This document shows positions 46,453-58,300 of a stretch of 64,000 nt of DNA, in pieces. The position numbers and the translations under genes were made by a program. Below the pieces are notes generated by a model. The model saw only the letters and a list, made by a program, of their open reading frames with translations, was not told the origin of the DNA and ran no database searches. This DNA is from a candidate division TM6 bacterium GW2011_GWF2_28_16 (GTDB lineage: Bacteria; Patescibacteriota; Microgenomatia; UBA1400; PJMF01). Each line of letters starts with the position of its first letter. The stretch's first letter is position 1. The stretch lies in assembly GCA_001029715.1 (NCBI GenBank), contig CP011212.1, positions 769,066 to 833,065 of the forward strand, written 5' to 3'.

Positions 46453-46554
46453 TTAAACAACAAAAATACCCCGCGCTCTAAGCAGTGGTAGTAGTGTTAT
46501 TTAAATTAAAATTTAGCATTACAAAGATGAATTATAAATCAAAAGAGGAAAACA

Positions 46555-48645
46555 TCAACCCGCTCCGCCACCACCACCTCCACCTCCACCGCCACCACCT
46601 CCAGAAAAACCTCCACTTGAACCACCTCCAGAAGCACCATAGCTGCTAGTGGCTGAGCTAGTCAGATTGGCAAAAGCACCGCCCAAAGAATTCAGCGAGT
46701 CAGTCAAAGAACCTAAGTTAATAGCACTTAAATTACCTACTGCGGAGCCATGTAAACTATCAAAGCTAGCAACTCCCCAATAGGTTCCCAAAACTCTTTG
46801 GTCAGCATCTGAGAAATGTACTGGCAATTGTGATAAAGCTTTCATCGACACTCCAAACAAAGTCCCATAAACCAAATATTTCTCCCACAAAATCACGCTA
46901 TCGATCGAATAGTCTTTAGTTTTTTTATAATCGAACATATGTTTTTTAAAAGCTTGCCACGCGCTAGCCTCTTCCCAACCTTTTTTAGTTCTTTTTTGGG
47001 CAAAATGTTGCAGCATAGAAAAAACCATTCCGATCGTAAAAAAGAGCAATAAATTAATTACAGCTAGAAATAAACCGATAGTAACTAAACTTGTGGTTTT
47101 TACTGATGGCTCTCCTTCTAACAAGTTACCAAGCATAAACAGGAGAATAAAGCTAAAAACAGGCACTAGAAAGACCCGTAGAGCCGAAAAACTTCTTGCG
47201 TAATCATAAGAATCTCTTTCAAAAAAACCTTGGCTAAGACCGCTATCTAAAGATGTTTTTTCCAAACCCTTAAAAAAGTTATAACTAGAAGAAGGATTAC
47301 TCTTAATATATTGGCTAATGTCGGTTAAAGCTAAGCGTCTTTTGGTTTTTTCAGTTGGTGTGGCGCTTAAAGCTCCTCGCTTTGTCCAGGTTTGTTCTTT
47401 TTCATCAAAAAATTGAAGATAACTTTTAGCAATTTTTTCAGTCAAAAACTCATAAACTTCCTGCTCCACTGCGGCTAATTCACTGGGTGAACGATTGGTT
47501 TTTTCCAAGAAATATTTGTACTCTTTGTGCAAAAAACCTTCTTTCTTATTGCTGCGAGTGATTTTGAAAAGTTTTTTAGCCACCAAAGACAAAACAGAAG
47601 CGGTAAAAACCTTTGGACTTAAACTTTTAGTCGCAGATAAAAGTTGTACCACCAAAGCTGGCTCCAAATCACTAGGTGGTTCCCAAACTCCACTTAAATT
47701 TTTTAATTTTTTATCTTTGCCCAAACGTAAAAACTTGGAAAACTCAACTACACTCAGGAAAACTCCAAGTAGAAAAAGCAATATCGTTGCTAAAAGATAG
47801 AGCAAACCCAAACGTTCGTTTTTCTTAACTTTAGCAATTGTTTCATCAATAAAAGATTGCTCCTCTTCTAAAATACTCGCTTCATTTGAAGAACCATTGA
47901 TTTCTCTCAAAAACATATTTGTTGGTAATAAAACTCTCCCTTCAAAAAACTTTCCAACTGGCAAGCGATCAGCCTGCAAAGAGACGAGATAAAGTCCAGT
48001 CTTTTCATCTGGCAAAGCAGAAATACTCACTTTCGCATTAAGTGGACCATGGCCAAAAGCCTTAACGCTATCAAGCTGGCTGGCCAAAATTTCTTTTGGC
48101 AAATAAATATCAACTTTGATGTTTTGGCTTGACACTTCCCAAGCATCACCAATAAATTGCCAATAAAGTTCAGCTATGTCTATGTGCTTAGTAATAGCAT
48201 TGCCAACTTTATAGCTCAAAACAAAATCTTTAACTTCGTAATTAGCCTGAAAGTGCCACTCTAAAAAATATTTGTCGCCCCGATCATCGATCAGAAAAGT
48301 ATTATCAGGATTGTTTCTGGGTTCTACTAAATTAGCTGAAGCCGTAGCCAAAGCTTTATAACAAAGCTCATTATTTTTTTCACAAAGCTTGAAATCGCTC
48401 AAAACATAAGGCACTTCTCTACCGTCGTTGCCTGGAACTTTGTTAATTTCTTGATAAACAAAACGATAATCACCTTGGAAATTAAATTGGCGCTCTTCCG
48501 TCACATCCATTGAGCCATCTTTATTGATGAAGGCTTGAATATTAACTGTGTCGATACTGTATTCTTTAGCAAAAGCACTACCAGAAAAAATGAAGGTAAG
48601 AATGAAAAATAGAAATAAAATTTTTTTATTCATAGCGTAAAGCAT
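46555..48645 (-). CDS. DUF2207-like membrane protein: signal peptide, large extracytoplasmic domain, transmembrane helices, C-terminal Gly-rich tail
   Basis: N-terminal 'KKILFLFFILTFIFSGSAFA', central hydrophobic helices, C-terminal 'GGGSSGGFSGGGGGGGGGGGGGAG'. Overlaps the upstream permease gene by 20 nt. Confidence 0.5.
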   Translation of the reverse strand: MLYAMNKKILFLFFILTFIFSGSAFAKEYSIDTVNIQAFINKDGSMDVTEERQFNFQGDYRFVYQEINKVPGNDGREVPYVLSDFKLCEKNNELCYKALATASANLVEPRNNPDNTFLIDDRGDKYFLEWHFQANYEVKDFVLSYKVGNAITKHIDIAELYWQFIGDAWEVSSQNIKVDIYLPKEILASQLDSVKAFGHGPLNAKVSISALPDEKTGLYLVSLQADRLPVGKFFEGRVLLPTNMFLREINGSSNEASILEEEQSFIDETIAKVKKNERLGLLYLLATILLFLLGVFLSVVEFSKFLRLGKDKKLKNLSGVWEPPSDLEPALVVQLLSATKSLSPKVFTASVLSLVAKKLFKITRSNKKEGFLHKEYKYFLEKTNRSPSELAAVEQEVYEFLTEKIAKSYLQFFDEKEQTWTKRGALSATPTEKTKRRLALTDISQYIKSNPSSSYNFFKGLEKTSLDSGLSQGFFERDSYDYARSFSALRVFLVPVFSFILLFMLGNLLEGEPSVKTTSLVTIGLFLAVINLLLFFTIGMVFSMLQHFAQKRTKKGWEEASAWQAFKKHMFDYKKTKDYSIDSVILWEKYLVYGTLFGVSMKALSQLPVHFSDADQRVLGTYWGVASFDSLHGSAVGNLSAINLGSLTDSLNSLGGAFANLTSSATSSYGASGGGSSGGFSGGGGGGGGGGGGGAG

Positions 48646-51193
48646 TTAAAGCTGAAATTTTTGTAGCTCTATAAGACGGATACATACCTGTAGCAACAGC
48701 GATAATGAAAGAAAGTGCCACTACACCCGCACCTAAATAAAATGGGATATAAACCAATTGAATGTAGCCGAGCCCTTTAGTTACAGAAATCATTGATAAA
48801 ATCAAACTAACCAATTGACCTGCCAAGGAACTAATTAAAAGTCCACACACCCCTCCAGACAAACCCATAACAATCGACTCTGCCAAAAATAAACGTTTCA
48901 CTTCATTTGATTTCATACCAATAGCCTTCATTAAGCCAACTTCTCTAGTTTTCTCCAAAAGTGAAACTGTTAGCGTATTAAACATTCCAAGCGCAGCAAC
49001 ACTTAAGGCCACCATGCCTAAAATTGAAAGCACAAACCTCACAGTATCAAACAAATCATTAATCTTACCCACTGTATCTACTACTGAGCTAGTTTGAAAA
49101 CCACTGGATTCAATACTTTGACGAATTTGATCAATTTTGTTTTGATCTTTAACTACAACTTTAATTTGAGAATAATTTTCTACTCCTAGACCCTTAATAT
49201 CATTAAATGGCATATAAAAAGCTGGCGTTTTTTCATCAGGAATAACAGCTACAATTGTAAAATCAGTTGGAGCAGATTCTGCCTGATAATCTGCCTTAGA
49301 AAAGAATTCTTGATCAAGCATAAAAGTAGTGTTAAAAACTTTCCCAACTGCATCAGCTTCATCAATTGCTAAAATTTTGAGCATAGCTCTATTAACTACG
49401 GCAACTTTTTGTGCCGACTCACGTAAAGGAATAACTTCTCTTTTTGTAATTGAAGCAGATGAAGAACCATCGCCCATACTATTCCAGTCCAAAGTACCAT
49501 CAGGCAATTGTTGCGCCATCAAAATAGTTCCATCTGCTAAAGCAATCTGACCACTATCGCTAGCCTCTTCTGAATCACTAGCTAAAGCACTTCCACTTGA
49601 TGAAGCACTGTTGGCAAGAGCACTCTCAATATTCTCTGCCAAAGATGCGCTAGCAGTTGATTCTCCTAAAACTTGACCGAACATTAGTGGTTCATCCATA
49701 TCTTCAATTAATACTCTATCTGCTCTTATATATGCTATTGCTTCTTTTTGTTTATTGTTGTCATCTAAATCTCTTAAATAAGTGTTATCACAAGTCTCTC
49801 CGCAATCAACTTTCTTCCAAAGTGGCAAACTCGCTCTCACCCAATAACCGACATTTTTGCCATTAACATTGCTGCCTACATTGCCCCAACCACTCTCGCT
49901 GTAATAAGATTCTCCATAAACTAATTCTCCAGAAATTAATAAATCATTTGTTTGAGAAGCATAAGTATTAAGAATCTGTTTGTCTTTAAAAACATCCGAG
50001 TAAAGTTCAATATATTTATTTTTGCCAATACTAAAGCTAATTGACTCGACTGTATCTCCCTCTATAAAACTTGGAAAAGCCGAAGCTAAAACTTTATATC
50101 GATCAATACTCATACTATCCTCAGTCATGTATCCTTGAATCAATTCTTGTCCATTTCCAGATTTAATAACTTGATACTTGCCGTCTACACAACCAAGCTC
50201 ATTTTCATCACAGATTCCACTCTTCCAGAGTGGCACAGTATCAACTATCCATGGACTGAAAACATTACTAAACAAATCGATGCCTTCGATTAAAGGTTCG
50301 CTGGTCTCATAAGACTCCCCCCAAACCTCACTTGCTTCAACATCTCCAACTCCTCTACTCGTGTAACCAAGAATTTTGGATTTTGTACTAGGCTCCGTAT
50401 AAACTGGCTTCCAAACCAATGGATAAATTGAGTAACGAGCTTGAGATAGCTCCTTTCCCAATTTTGCGCCACTCAAACGTTTAATAACTGCACCAGCAAC
50501 CTGACCAACAACATCGTCGTTTGATTCTATTTCTGCGGAGAGCTCCTTGTCTTCAAAAAGCGTCCCTTTAACTGGCTGAATAGCCGATTGTTGCAAAAAT
50601 TCTTTAGTTACTCCGTAAGCAACTACATCTGAAACAGAGTTGTTATAATTAACTTTAGAGACAATAGAAATCATTGGAATAACTAGCTCCACTCCTTCAA
50701 TATTTTTTAAATCATCCAAAGTTTTATCATTGATCGTTAAAGAAGCAGATTGACCGATGGTGACATTAATCTGTTTCATTTCATCTAATCTAGCTACTCT
50801 CGAAATAACTAGTTTTTGGACGCCATAGCCTAAAGATAATAAAAACACCACTGCTCCAAAGCCAATAGCCATGCCACCAATAGTAATAATAGTGCGGGTC
50901 TTCTTTAATTTTAAATGTCTGACAGCTAAATGTACTAAATCTAAAGAAGAAATTTCGCCCTCATCTTTGGAGTTAAGAGGTCCAATGATTTTTTTATAAA
51001 TAGTTTTAACTGGTTTTCTAAATGGGTTAGCAAGAATTCTAATAATTGGCCAATGACTAATAAATTTCAGAACATCAAAAAAAAGATAAATAATGACAAT
51101 TAAGAAAAAACGTAAGAAAAAGAACAACTCCTTAACAAAAGCAATGTAATTAAAACTCTTAAGCTTGGAAAGAAAGGATTTTAGTTTTGTCAT
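48626..51193 (-). CDS. MacB/FtsX-type ABC transporter permease with a very large (~600 aa) extracytoplasmic domain
   Basis: Transmembrane helix 1 'IITIGGMAIGFGAVVFLLSLGYGV', then a long soluble insert, then an FtsX 3-helix bundle at the C-terminus ('MKAIGMKSNEVKRLFLAESIVMGLSGGVCGLL'). Overlaps the ATPase gene by 4 nt. Confidence 0.7.
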   Translation of the reverse strand: MTKLKSFLSKLKSFNYIAFVKELFFFLRFFLIVIIYLFFDVLKFISHWPIIRILANPFRKPVKTIYKKIIGPLNSKDEGEISSLDLVHLAVRHLKLKKTRTIITIGGMAIGFGAVVFLLSLGYGVQKLVISRVARLDEMKQINVTIGQSASLTINDKTLDDLKNIEGVELVIPMISIVSKVNYNNSVSDVVAYGVTKEFLQQSAIQPVKGTLFEDKELSAEIESNDDVVGQVAGAVIKRLSGAKLGKELSQARYSIYPLVWKPVYTEPSTKSKILGYTSRGVGDVEASEVWGESYETSEPLIEGIDLFSNVFSPWIVDTVPLWKSGICDENELGCVDGKYQVIKSGNGQELIQGYMTEDSMSIDRYKVLASAFPSFIEGDTVESISFSIGKNKYIELYSDVFKDKQILNTYASQTNDLLISGELVYGESYYSESGWGNVGSNVNGKNVGYWVRASLPLWKKVDCGETCDNTYLRDLDDNNKQKEAIAYIRADRVLIEDMDEPLMFGQVLGESTASASLAENIESALANSASSSGSALASDSEEASDSGQIALADGTILMAQQLPDGTLDWNSMGDGSSSASITKREVIPLRESAQKVAVVNRAMLKILAIDEADAVGKVFNTTFMLDQEFFSKADYQAESAPTDFTIVAVIPDEKTPAFYMPFNDIKGLGVENYSQIKVVVKDQNKIDQIRQSIESSGFQTSSVVDTVGKINDLFDTVRFVLSILGMVALSVAALGMFNTLTVSLLEKTREVGLMKAIGMKSNEVKRLFLAESIVMGLSGGVCGLLISSLAGQLVSLILSMISVTKGLGYIQLVYIPFYLGAGVVALSFIIAVATGMYPSYRATKISALNALRYE

Positions 51194-51945
51194 GACTTTT
51201 CTGCCCTTCCTATATTACCTCTTTTAGAAACGCTGAGTTTTTTTAGACGCTCATCATTGGCTGAATACTCACCAACTACAACTCCATCGGCCATATTAAC
51301 AGATCTTGAAGCAAACTTAAGATATTCCAAATCGTGAGTAACCATAATGACTGTTTTTCCCTTATCATTAGATTGCTTAAATAAGGCCATAATGTCTTCA
51401 CTAGCTTTTGAATCCAAATTACCAGTTGGCTCGTCTGCCACGATCAAAGCTGGATCAGAAATCAAAGCTCTAGCTAAAGAAACACGTTGCTGCTGACCAG
51501 ATGAAAGTTCGGCAGGATTTTGGAGAGCACCTTGCTCCATGCCAACCATTTTTAAAACTTCCATCGCTCGTTTTTCTCTTTCTTCTTCTGGCAAACCACG
51601 CAGAGTTAAAGGGAAGTATACATTTTCAATAACGTTGAGCGATTTTACCCAGTTAGATTGCTGATAAATAATTCCAACCTGTTGCTTTCGCATTTGCGCA
51701 CGTCCATCTTCGTCAAAAGCATCGTAAATATTCTTGCCTAAGAAAATTACTTCTCCTTTGGTTGGAGGCTCCAAACCAAGCAAAATATTTAGCATAGTGC
51801 TCTTACCACAACCAGAGGGACCAAATAAAATCAAAAAATCACCCTTATTAACTGAAAAACCAGCTCCTTTAATAATCTGAGTTTCCTGAGTTCCCAGATT
51901 AAATGATTTATGAATTTCAGTTAGTTTAAGTATTTGTTCTGCCAT
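51190..51945 (-). CDS. ABC transporter ATP-binding protein (MacB/LolD-like)
   Basis: Walker A 'GPSGCGKST', signature 'LSSGQQQRVSLARAL', Walker B 'IVADEPTGNLD', H-loop 'VTHD'. Confidence 0.85.
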   Translation of the reverse strand: MAEQILKLTEIHKSFNLGTQETQIIKGAGFSVNKGDFLILFGPSGCGKSTMLNILLGLEPPTKGEVIFLGKNIYDAFDEDGRAQMRKQQVGIIYQQSNWVKSLNVIENVYFPLTLRGLPEEEREKRAMEVLKMVGMEQGALQNPAELSSGQQQRVSLARALISDPALIVADEPTGNLDSKASEDIMALFKQSNDKGKTVIMVTHDLEYLKFASRSVNMADGVVVGEYSANDERLKKLSVSKRGNIGRAEKS

Positions 51946-51952
51946 TTTATTT

Positions 51953-52342
51953 TTATTCTATTTTCGTTGGATCAAAATTAATTTTTTTAACTTCCGACCA
52001 CAAAAATGGACTGTCTTTATCAGTATGCAAAGATAGATAAAAGCCATCGGCTGGAATATCAGTTAGTAGAACTGCATGAATTGTTCCAGGAACACTGCTT
52101 GTTTGCTGTGCGACTTGTGAAAGGTTGGTTTCACTTTCTCCATACTTTGCAAAACCAATAGATTCTTTTTCTGAAGTCCAAAAAATAATAGCCTGATGAG
52201 GATCTACAAAAGTTACTTCAAAATGGTTCTCAATTTGGCGCTGTTGTTTATTAAAGATAAAAATTGACAATAAAAGCCCAGTTATAAAAGCCAAGCTTAG
52301 AACGATTAAAGCAATTTTTTGCTTTATATTTAATATTTTCAT
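51953..52342 (-). CDS. small membrane-anchored protein (N-terminal helix + ~100-aa extracytoplasmic domain) between the giant gene and the ABC genes
   Basis: 'IALIVLSLAFITGLLLSIFIF' helix; no motif. Spaced 2 nt from the giant gene and 7 nt from the ATPase gene. Confidence 0.4.
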   Translation of the reverse strand: MKILNIKQKIALIVLSLAFITGLLLSIFIFNKQQRQIENHFEVTFVDPHQAIIFWTSEKESIGFAKYGESETNLSQVAQQTSSVPGTIHAVLLTDIPADGFYLSLHTDKDSPFLWSEVKKINFDPTKIE

Positions 52343-52344
52343 TT

Positions 52345-55300
52345 TTACTTAGTTCCTAAAAATCCAAATATCAAAGACATATTGGAAACCACCAAATCTA
52401 AGGCATTGTCCGTAGCTTTTGGAGTAATTACTACTTTATCAACTGACTCTCCCACATTACTATACTGATCTTTTGATAAGGCTCGCAAGTGATAAACCTT
52501 CGATGGAGTTAATCCAGAAATAACAACTATATGGTGACTTGTTAAGGAAGCATCTTCTTGAGTTTTTTGTGAATAAGTTGAACCACTACCCTCTCCAAAC
52601 TCAATTTGGGCAGATGCTGGTTCATCCGTGTTAAACGAAACTAATAATTGAGCGGTTGATTCTTCTCCTACTCCAAGAATTTCTCCTTCCACTCTGAGAT
52701 CACTAATTTGAGGAGGCCTACTATCTGCCGAGGTTGCAATCTGTTGGAACTCACCAACAGCTTCATTACCAACGGCATCTTTACCTTTGATTAAAATTCC
52801 ATAAGTTGTCTGTGAATCAAGATCATAAATAATCATTTGATGTTTACCAGACTTAAGAGCAAGATTGACTTCGTCTTTGGCTGCCCCCGGAGCGGTAACT
52901 GGATAATAGGTTACAATTGAAGAAATACTGGTGTTTGATTCCCAAGTAACTAATAGAGTCGATCTAGCAGTCCCTTTAACTTGACTCACTTTAATATTTT
53001 TGATTTTTGGTCTTGGTAAAGTTTCGAATGAATGAATTTCACCCTCATATTCTTCACCCTCTGAGTCAAAAGAGTTAATTTTGTAATAATATTTAGTGCC
53101 ATCTTTCAAGTCTGAAAGTTGCACAGTGTGCGTACCCTCTCCAGAGCCAGTCACTACATTTTCGATTCCGCCAAAAGCAGATGATTCACCAAAATAAACT
53201 CTAACGCTAGCAGCATTTTTTGATATAAATTGAATTAAAGCACTGTCCAAACCCATACTTTTTACCTGAGGTTCTTCTGTTGTTGGAGCTGGCTCTGTAA
53301 CAAAAGTTGCTTCAGCAGACTCACCAGTGTTTCCATCTTCATCCGTCCATTTAGCAATATAATAGTAAGTAGTTCCCGGAGAAAGGTTGAGTAAGTTTAA
53401 TGCATGATTAGTTGCTTGAATGGAATTTGAAACTTCTTCATCAAAATAATCACCAGGACTCGTTCCATAAGATATCCTCGAATCAGCTGTTCTTGCTGTG
53501 GACCAAGCAACAGAAGCTTTTTTAGTGGTCACATTTGAAACCACTGGCTCAGATACTAGACCAGCTGGTTCAATAAATTTTCCATCTGGAAATAATTCAA
53601 CCACTTCAGAAAATGCACCACAATTATTAGTGCTATCACAAACTTTGACTTTGTAATAATACTCTTGCTGAATCAAACCAGTATCAACGTAAGAAATACC
53701 ACCACTAGTAGCTATTTGAGCAAATGTTTCACCATCTATTGATCGATAAATAGCATAATGATCAGAAATACCACCCTCCGACGGAGCTTCCCAAGACAAA
53801 GCAATCTTCCAAGAGCTAGTGGCTTTAACAGAAACATCAGCAATATCCATATTAAGTGGAATTCCTGGAGCAGTGGTGTCTGCTGTAAAGATAACCGACG
53901 CATAATTTGAGTAATTTATGTTTCCCGCTTCGTCTTTAGTCACAATATAAAGAACATTTTCACCTGGTAAAGTTGCATAAGCCCCAGCAACTAAATTTCT
54001 TACACTAGTTCCAGTGGTACTATGGGCTGTTGGCAATGCATTAATACTGTAATAATAAGACAAATTAGAAACTGAGCCATAATAAGTTCCTGTTGCTGGA
54101 GGATCCCAACTAAAAGCAAAGGAATTTTCCGTATTAGATGATGGCGTGACTACTAAATTAGTTGGAGGTGCTGGAGCATTGCCGCTATCTACATAATAAT
54201 ATGGTGTAGATGCGTAATCACTATAGTTACCAGCCTCATCTTTACTACGAACATAAAAAGTATTCGCTCCCACTTTATGTGAAGGTATACCAGTGACAGA
54301 AGTGCTAGTGATACATTGATCTTCTGCATAAGTTCCTGAAGTGGCAGCAGTTTTATAACAATATCCAGTAATCTGTGCTCCACTGCTGGTGGACTCACTC
54401 CAAGAAAAATCAAAACTATCCGTAGCTGAATAGCCAGATGGATCAGCCGATAAATCAGCTGGAGCGGCTGGGGGTCGCGAATCATATTTATAAATGAAAG
54501 GTGCCCAAGCTTCTGCTGAAACATTTCCAGCATTATCAATCGTCTTAACTCTCAAATAATAAGTCTCTCCATCGGTCAAATTGCTAGCAGAATAGTTGCT
54601 ATCAACTTGAAGCGAACCGTCTTCTTCTGGATTTGCTGATGAATTTGTTCCAAAGTAAACATAATATCCAGCTACCCCTGAACCAGTACTTGTATCAGAA
54701 GCTCCATCTGTAGATTCTGCATCTGGCCAATCAAAATATGGATTACTATGCCCATACCAATTTGAGGAAACTATTGCCGTTCCAGGATCACTATTGCTAT
54801 AAGTAGCTAAACCAGAAGTTTGTGGATTTGTTGGCGCAGAAGTGTCTTTGTAATAATTAACCGTATAATCATTAATAACGCCAGAATAGACGCCATCTGA
54901 TGATGAAAGTTCAAATTTTATTTCAAGGTAACGAGCTGCTGGAGACTTAATTTCATAAATATAGCTTGAACCATTCTTCTTCTCAGAGGCTACTGCAGTC
55001 CAAGACGACCAAGTACTATTGTCAGCAGAACTGCGTGTTTTAATGCTAAGAGAAGCGTTATTTGCTAAAACATAATCAACTTGTAAATTTATCCATTTGT
55101 AGACTGAATCTAAATCGTGAGAAACAGAAGTATAAGTTCCCTCTTCTTCAAAAGAAGAAGTAGCTGTCTCCATAATGTATGTATAAATTCCATTGTCATA
55201 ACCACCAGTGCCGGTACCAGATAGCATAAAAACTTTGTCCACTCCATTACTTTCACCAGATCCACCAACATAAATTTTAGAGGGTGCATTGCCTAATTGA

Positions 55301-58300
55301 GTCCAATTGTTATCTACCACTGAATATTTATAAAAATCATTATCATTTTCACCTCTAGCAGCATAGATATTTCCATCTCCACCGTAAGTCGCGAAGCCAT
55401 CATTGTAAACATCTATATTCAGGTCGCTAACAGCTGGATCACTCCAAGTATTGCTTGCAATGTCATAGCGATAAAAAGGATTATTGGCTACGTTTTGGCC
55501 CCTTAAGGTATAAATATAGTTATTACCATCAAAAACCAGCTCAGCTCCATAACCCAAACCAGCAGGCGAAGCAGTCATAGTAGACCATTTGCTACCAGCA
55601 CTACCCTGCGTATCAAATCTATAGAAAGTAGTATTTGCTCCACCCCTATTTAAATAAATATAACGAGATCCGTCATAAGCCATAGAGCTACCATAATCTG
55701 TAACAGCAAGAGTTGGATCATCAACTTCTTCAGACCAAGTATTCGAAGCAATGTTATAAACATAAAATCTTTGTAAATAATAGCCACCAGTTAGATAAAT
55801 TTTATTTTGCGTACTATCATAAACTAATGAAGATCCAGAATAAGTCCCAGTAGGAGTTGAAGCCAGTTTTTGCATTGACCCAGTGCTCGAATCATAACGC
55901 ACAAAATCATCTGAATAGTTTCCTTTGGTTAGATAAAAATAATTACCATCACCCTTAACAAGATCTTCTCCATAGCCAGGATATACATAGTCCGTACCTT
56001 GATATGTTGTCCCGAACAAACCTACATTAGGGATTAGCCAGCTATCCTTTGAAACACTATATTTATAAAAATTAGTTCTATTGCCACCAATAATGGCATA
56101 TAAACTGTCACCAACATTTTTAAGATTGGCTCCATAATAAAAGGTGTATGGGGCTGAAGAAACCTCCTCCCAAGTTTGATCTGAAGTTTTAAACTTATAC
56201 ATCTTGTCAGAATAATAACCAGGAACAAAATAAACTGCCTCCGCGCTTGGAACGTATTCTATTGACGATCCTAAATAAGATAATTGAGGTAAATCTGGCA
56301 GAACCGCCCAAGAATTTGAGTTCATATTATAAACAGCAAACCCATCGCGAATATTACCTTGAGTAGCATAAACAAAACCATTTTCTCTATCTATTGCTAG
56401 GTCAGCTCCAATATAAGCACTATTATTAACAGCATTGGTAGTAGCACCAAAATCTAAGTTTGATAAAGATTCCCAACTATCCCCAACAGCGTCATATCTC
56501 CAAAAAGCATCATCATTATTTCCACGCATTACATAAACGTGTCCAGAACCGTCATATTCCATGGAAGCACCATAATAAACTGCTAAAGGGGCGTCACTTG
56601 CATCTTCATCACTCCAAATATTGTTTTCTATGTCATAACGATAAAATGAAGAAGTATTATTACCACGCAAACCATAAAGATAACCGTCTGGTCCTTCCAC
56701 TACTCCACCGCCAATATAAATATTTCCTGGAGCATTAGCTAAAGTCGACCAAGTATCACTAGCTAGATCGTAACCATAAAAAGTTGCTACATTTGCACCT
56801 CTAAAAGCAAAAAGCTTGTTTAATGATGCAACGTAGGCTGTATTTTTTGCTCCATATTGCATAGTTGCTGGAACATTACTTAATGGCTCTTGTAACCAAA
56901 AACCTCCCTCTCTGCTAGCTAATTTTAGTTGATTATTGCCTGTGTTAATTTCATCAGCAGTACCAACAAAATCAGTTATTGTTAAACTTTGCGGTGGCGA
57001 AATACCTGCATAAACATAAGTGAATATTGTGCTTGCATCACTAATATTCCCATAGCTATCTTTTGTTTTAATTCTTAAATAATAAGAACCAGTACTTAAG
57101 CTTTCAGTTACAGTGTAATTACTATTTGTCTGAAAAAATCCTACTGATTCTGGATCAGCTACTTCATTACTACCAAAATAAACATAATATCCAGCAACCT
57201 CAGATTGCGCATCGGTTGCTCCACTCCATGAGAAGTAGGGGCGAATATAATTATATGTTTCTCCACTAGTCAGTGCTATACCAGCAACCTGCTGAGAGAG
57301 ACCACTAATGGCATCTGGATTGCTTGGTGCCAAAGTATCACCTGCATAAGAAATACTAATCTCACTTAACGTCGGGCTACTAGCAGAGCCGCTTGAAGCC
57401 ACCAGTGTTGCTTTAACCTGAATAAATCTTTGAGCTGGAGAAGAAATCACTCCGCTCGCCACAACAACCCAATCACTCCAAGATAAAGCGTCACTACTAG
57501 TTCTAGTTTCATAAATAATACTGCTATCGTCTGGAGTTGATGAGGTAGCAGAAAAAGCAGTAAAACTAGAAACGTAAGCTAGATCTTTAATTTCAGAGGT
57601 CCATGATCCAGTGGCATAATACTTATTTGCTGCAGGAGTATAAGTGAGAATATTTTGGCGACCATTTCCATAAGAAATATAAAAAGAATTATTGCTATCA
57701 TATTCAATAGAAGCACCTGCATAAACTCCATTATCCTGAGCATAATAACCAGGAATACTCTGCAATTTCCTCCAATTATCTAAAGAAATATTGTACTCAT
57801 AAATGTCTTTTTTGTACCAACCTGCCAAAGCAACAATTTTTCCATCATGGTAAGCAAGATCGGTGCCGTAAAATGGAGCAAATGGAGGCTTAGCAACTTC
57901 TGTCCATACATTGTCATTAATTGTATATTTAAAAAATCTGCTAATACCAACTCCAGGAATATAGAATATATCAGTACCATCAGAGATAAGACGAGAACCA
58001 TACGAAGACTCTGCATCCACAGGTAAATCAGCCACTGAGACATCATCCCAAGAGTTTCCAGAAATACTGTATCTCCAAAAAGAATTAGTGGTAGCTCCAC
58101 GCGTTGCATAGATATAATCTCCAGAACCAGGATAGGATAGAGCTCCTCCAAAACGCACTGTAGTTGGCGGAGCAGTCATCGTAGTCCAACTGTCTCCTGA
58201 AGGACTGTATCTATAAAAACTATTAGTGTTCCCGCCTCTAAAAAAATAAAGATCAGAACCAGCTACTACTCCTTTGACATCATCTGTCATTGTTCCTGGA

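Noticed and set aside
46079-46554. T-box riboswitch or SRP RNA in the thrS upstream region
   Set aside because: The minus-strand leader was searched for the T-box consensus (AGGGUGGNACCGCG) and an ACC specifier context; none was found. A GAAA-capped hairpin on the plus strand lacks the conserved SRP domain IV internal-loop nucleotides.
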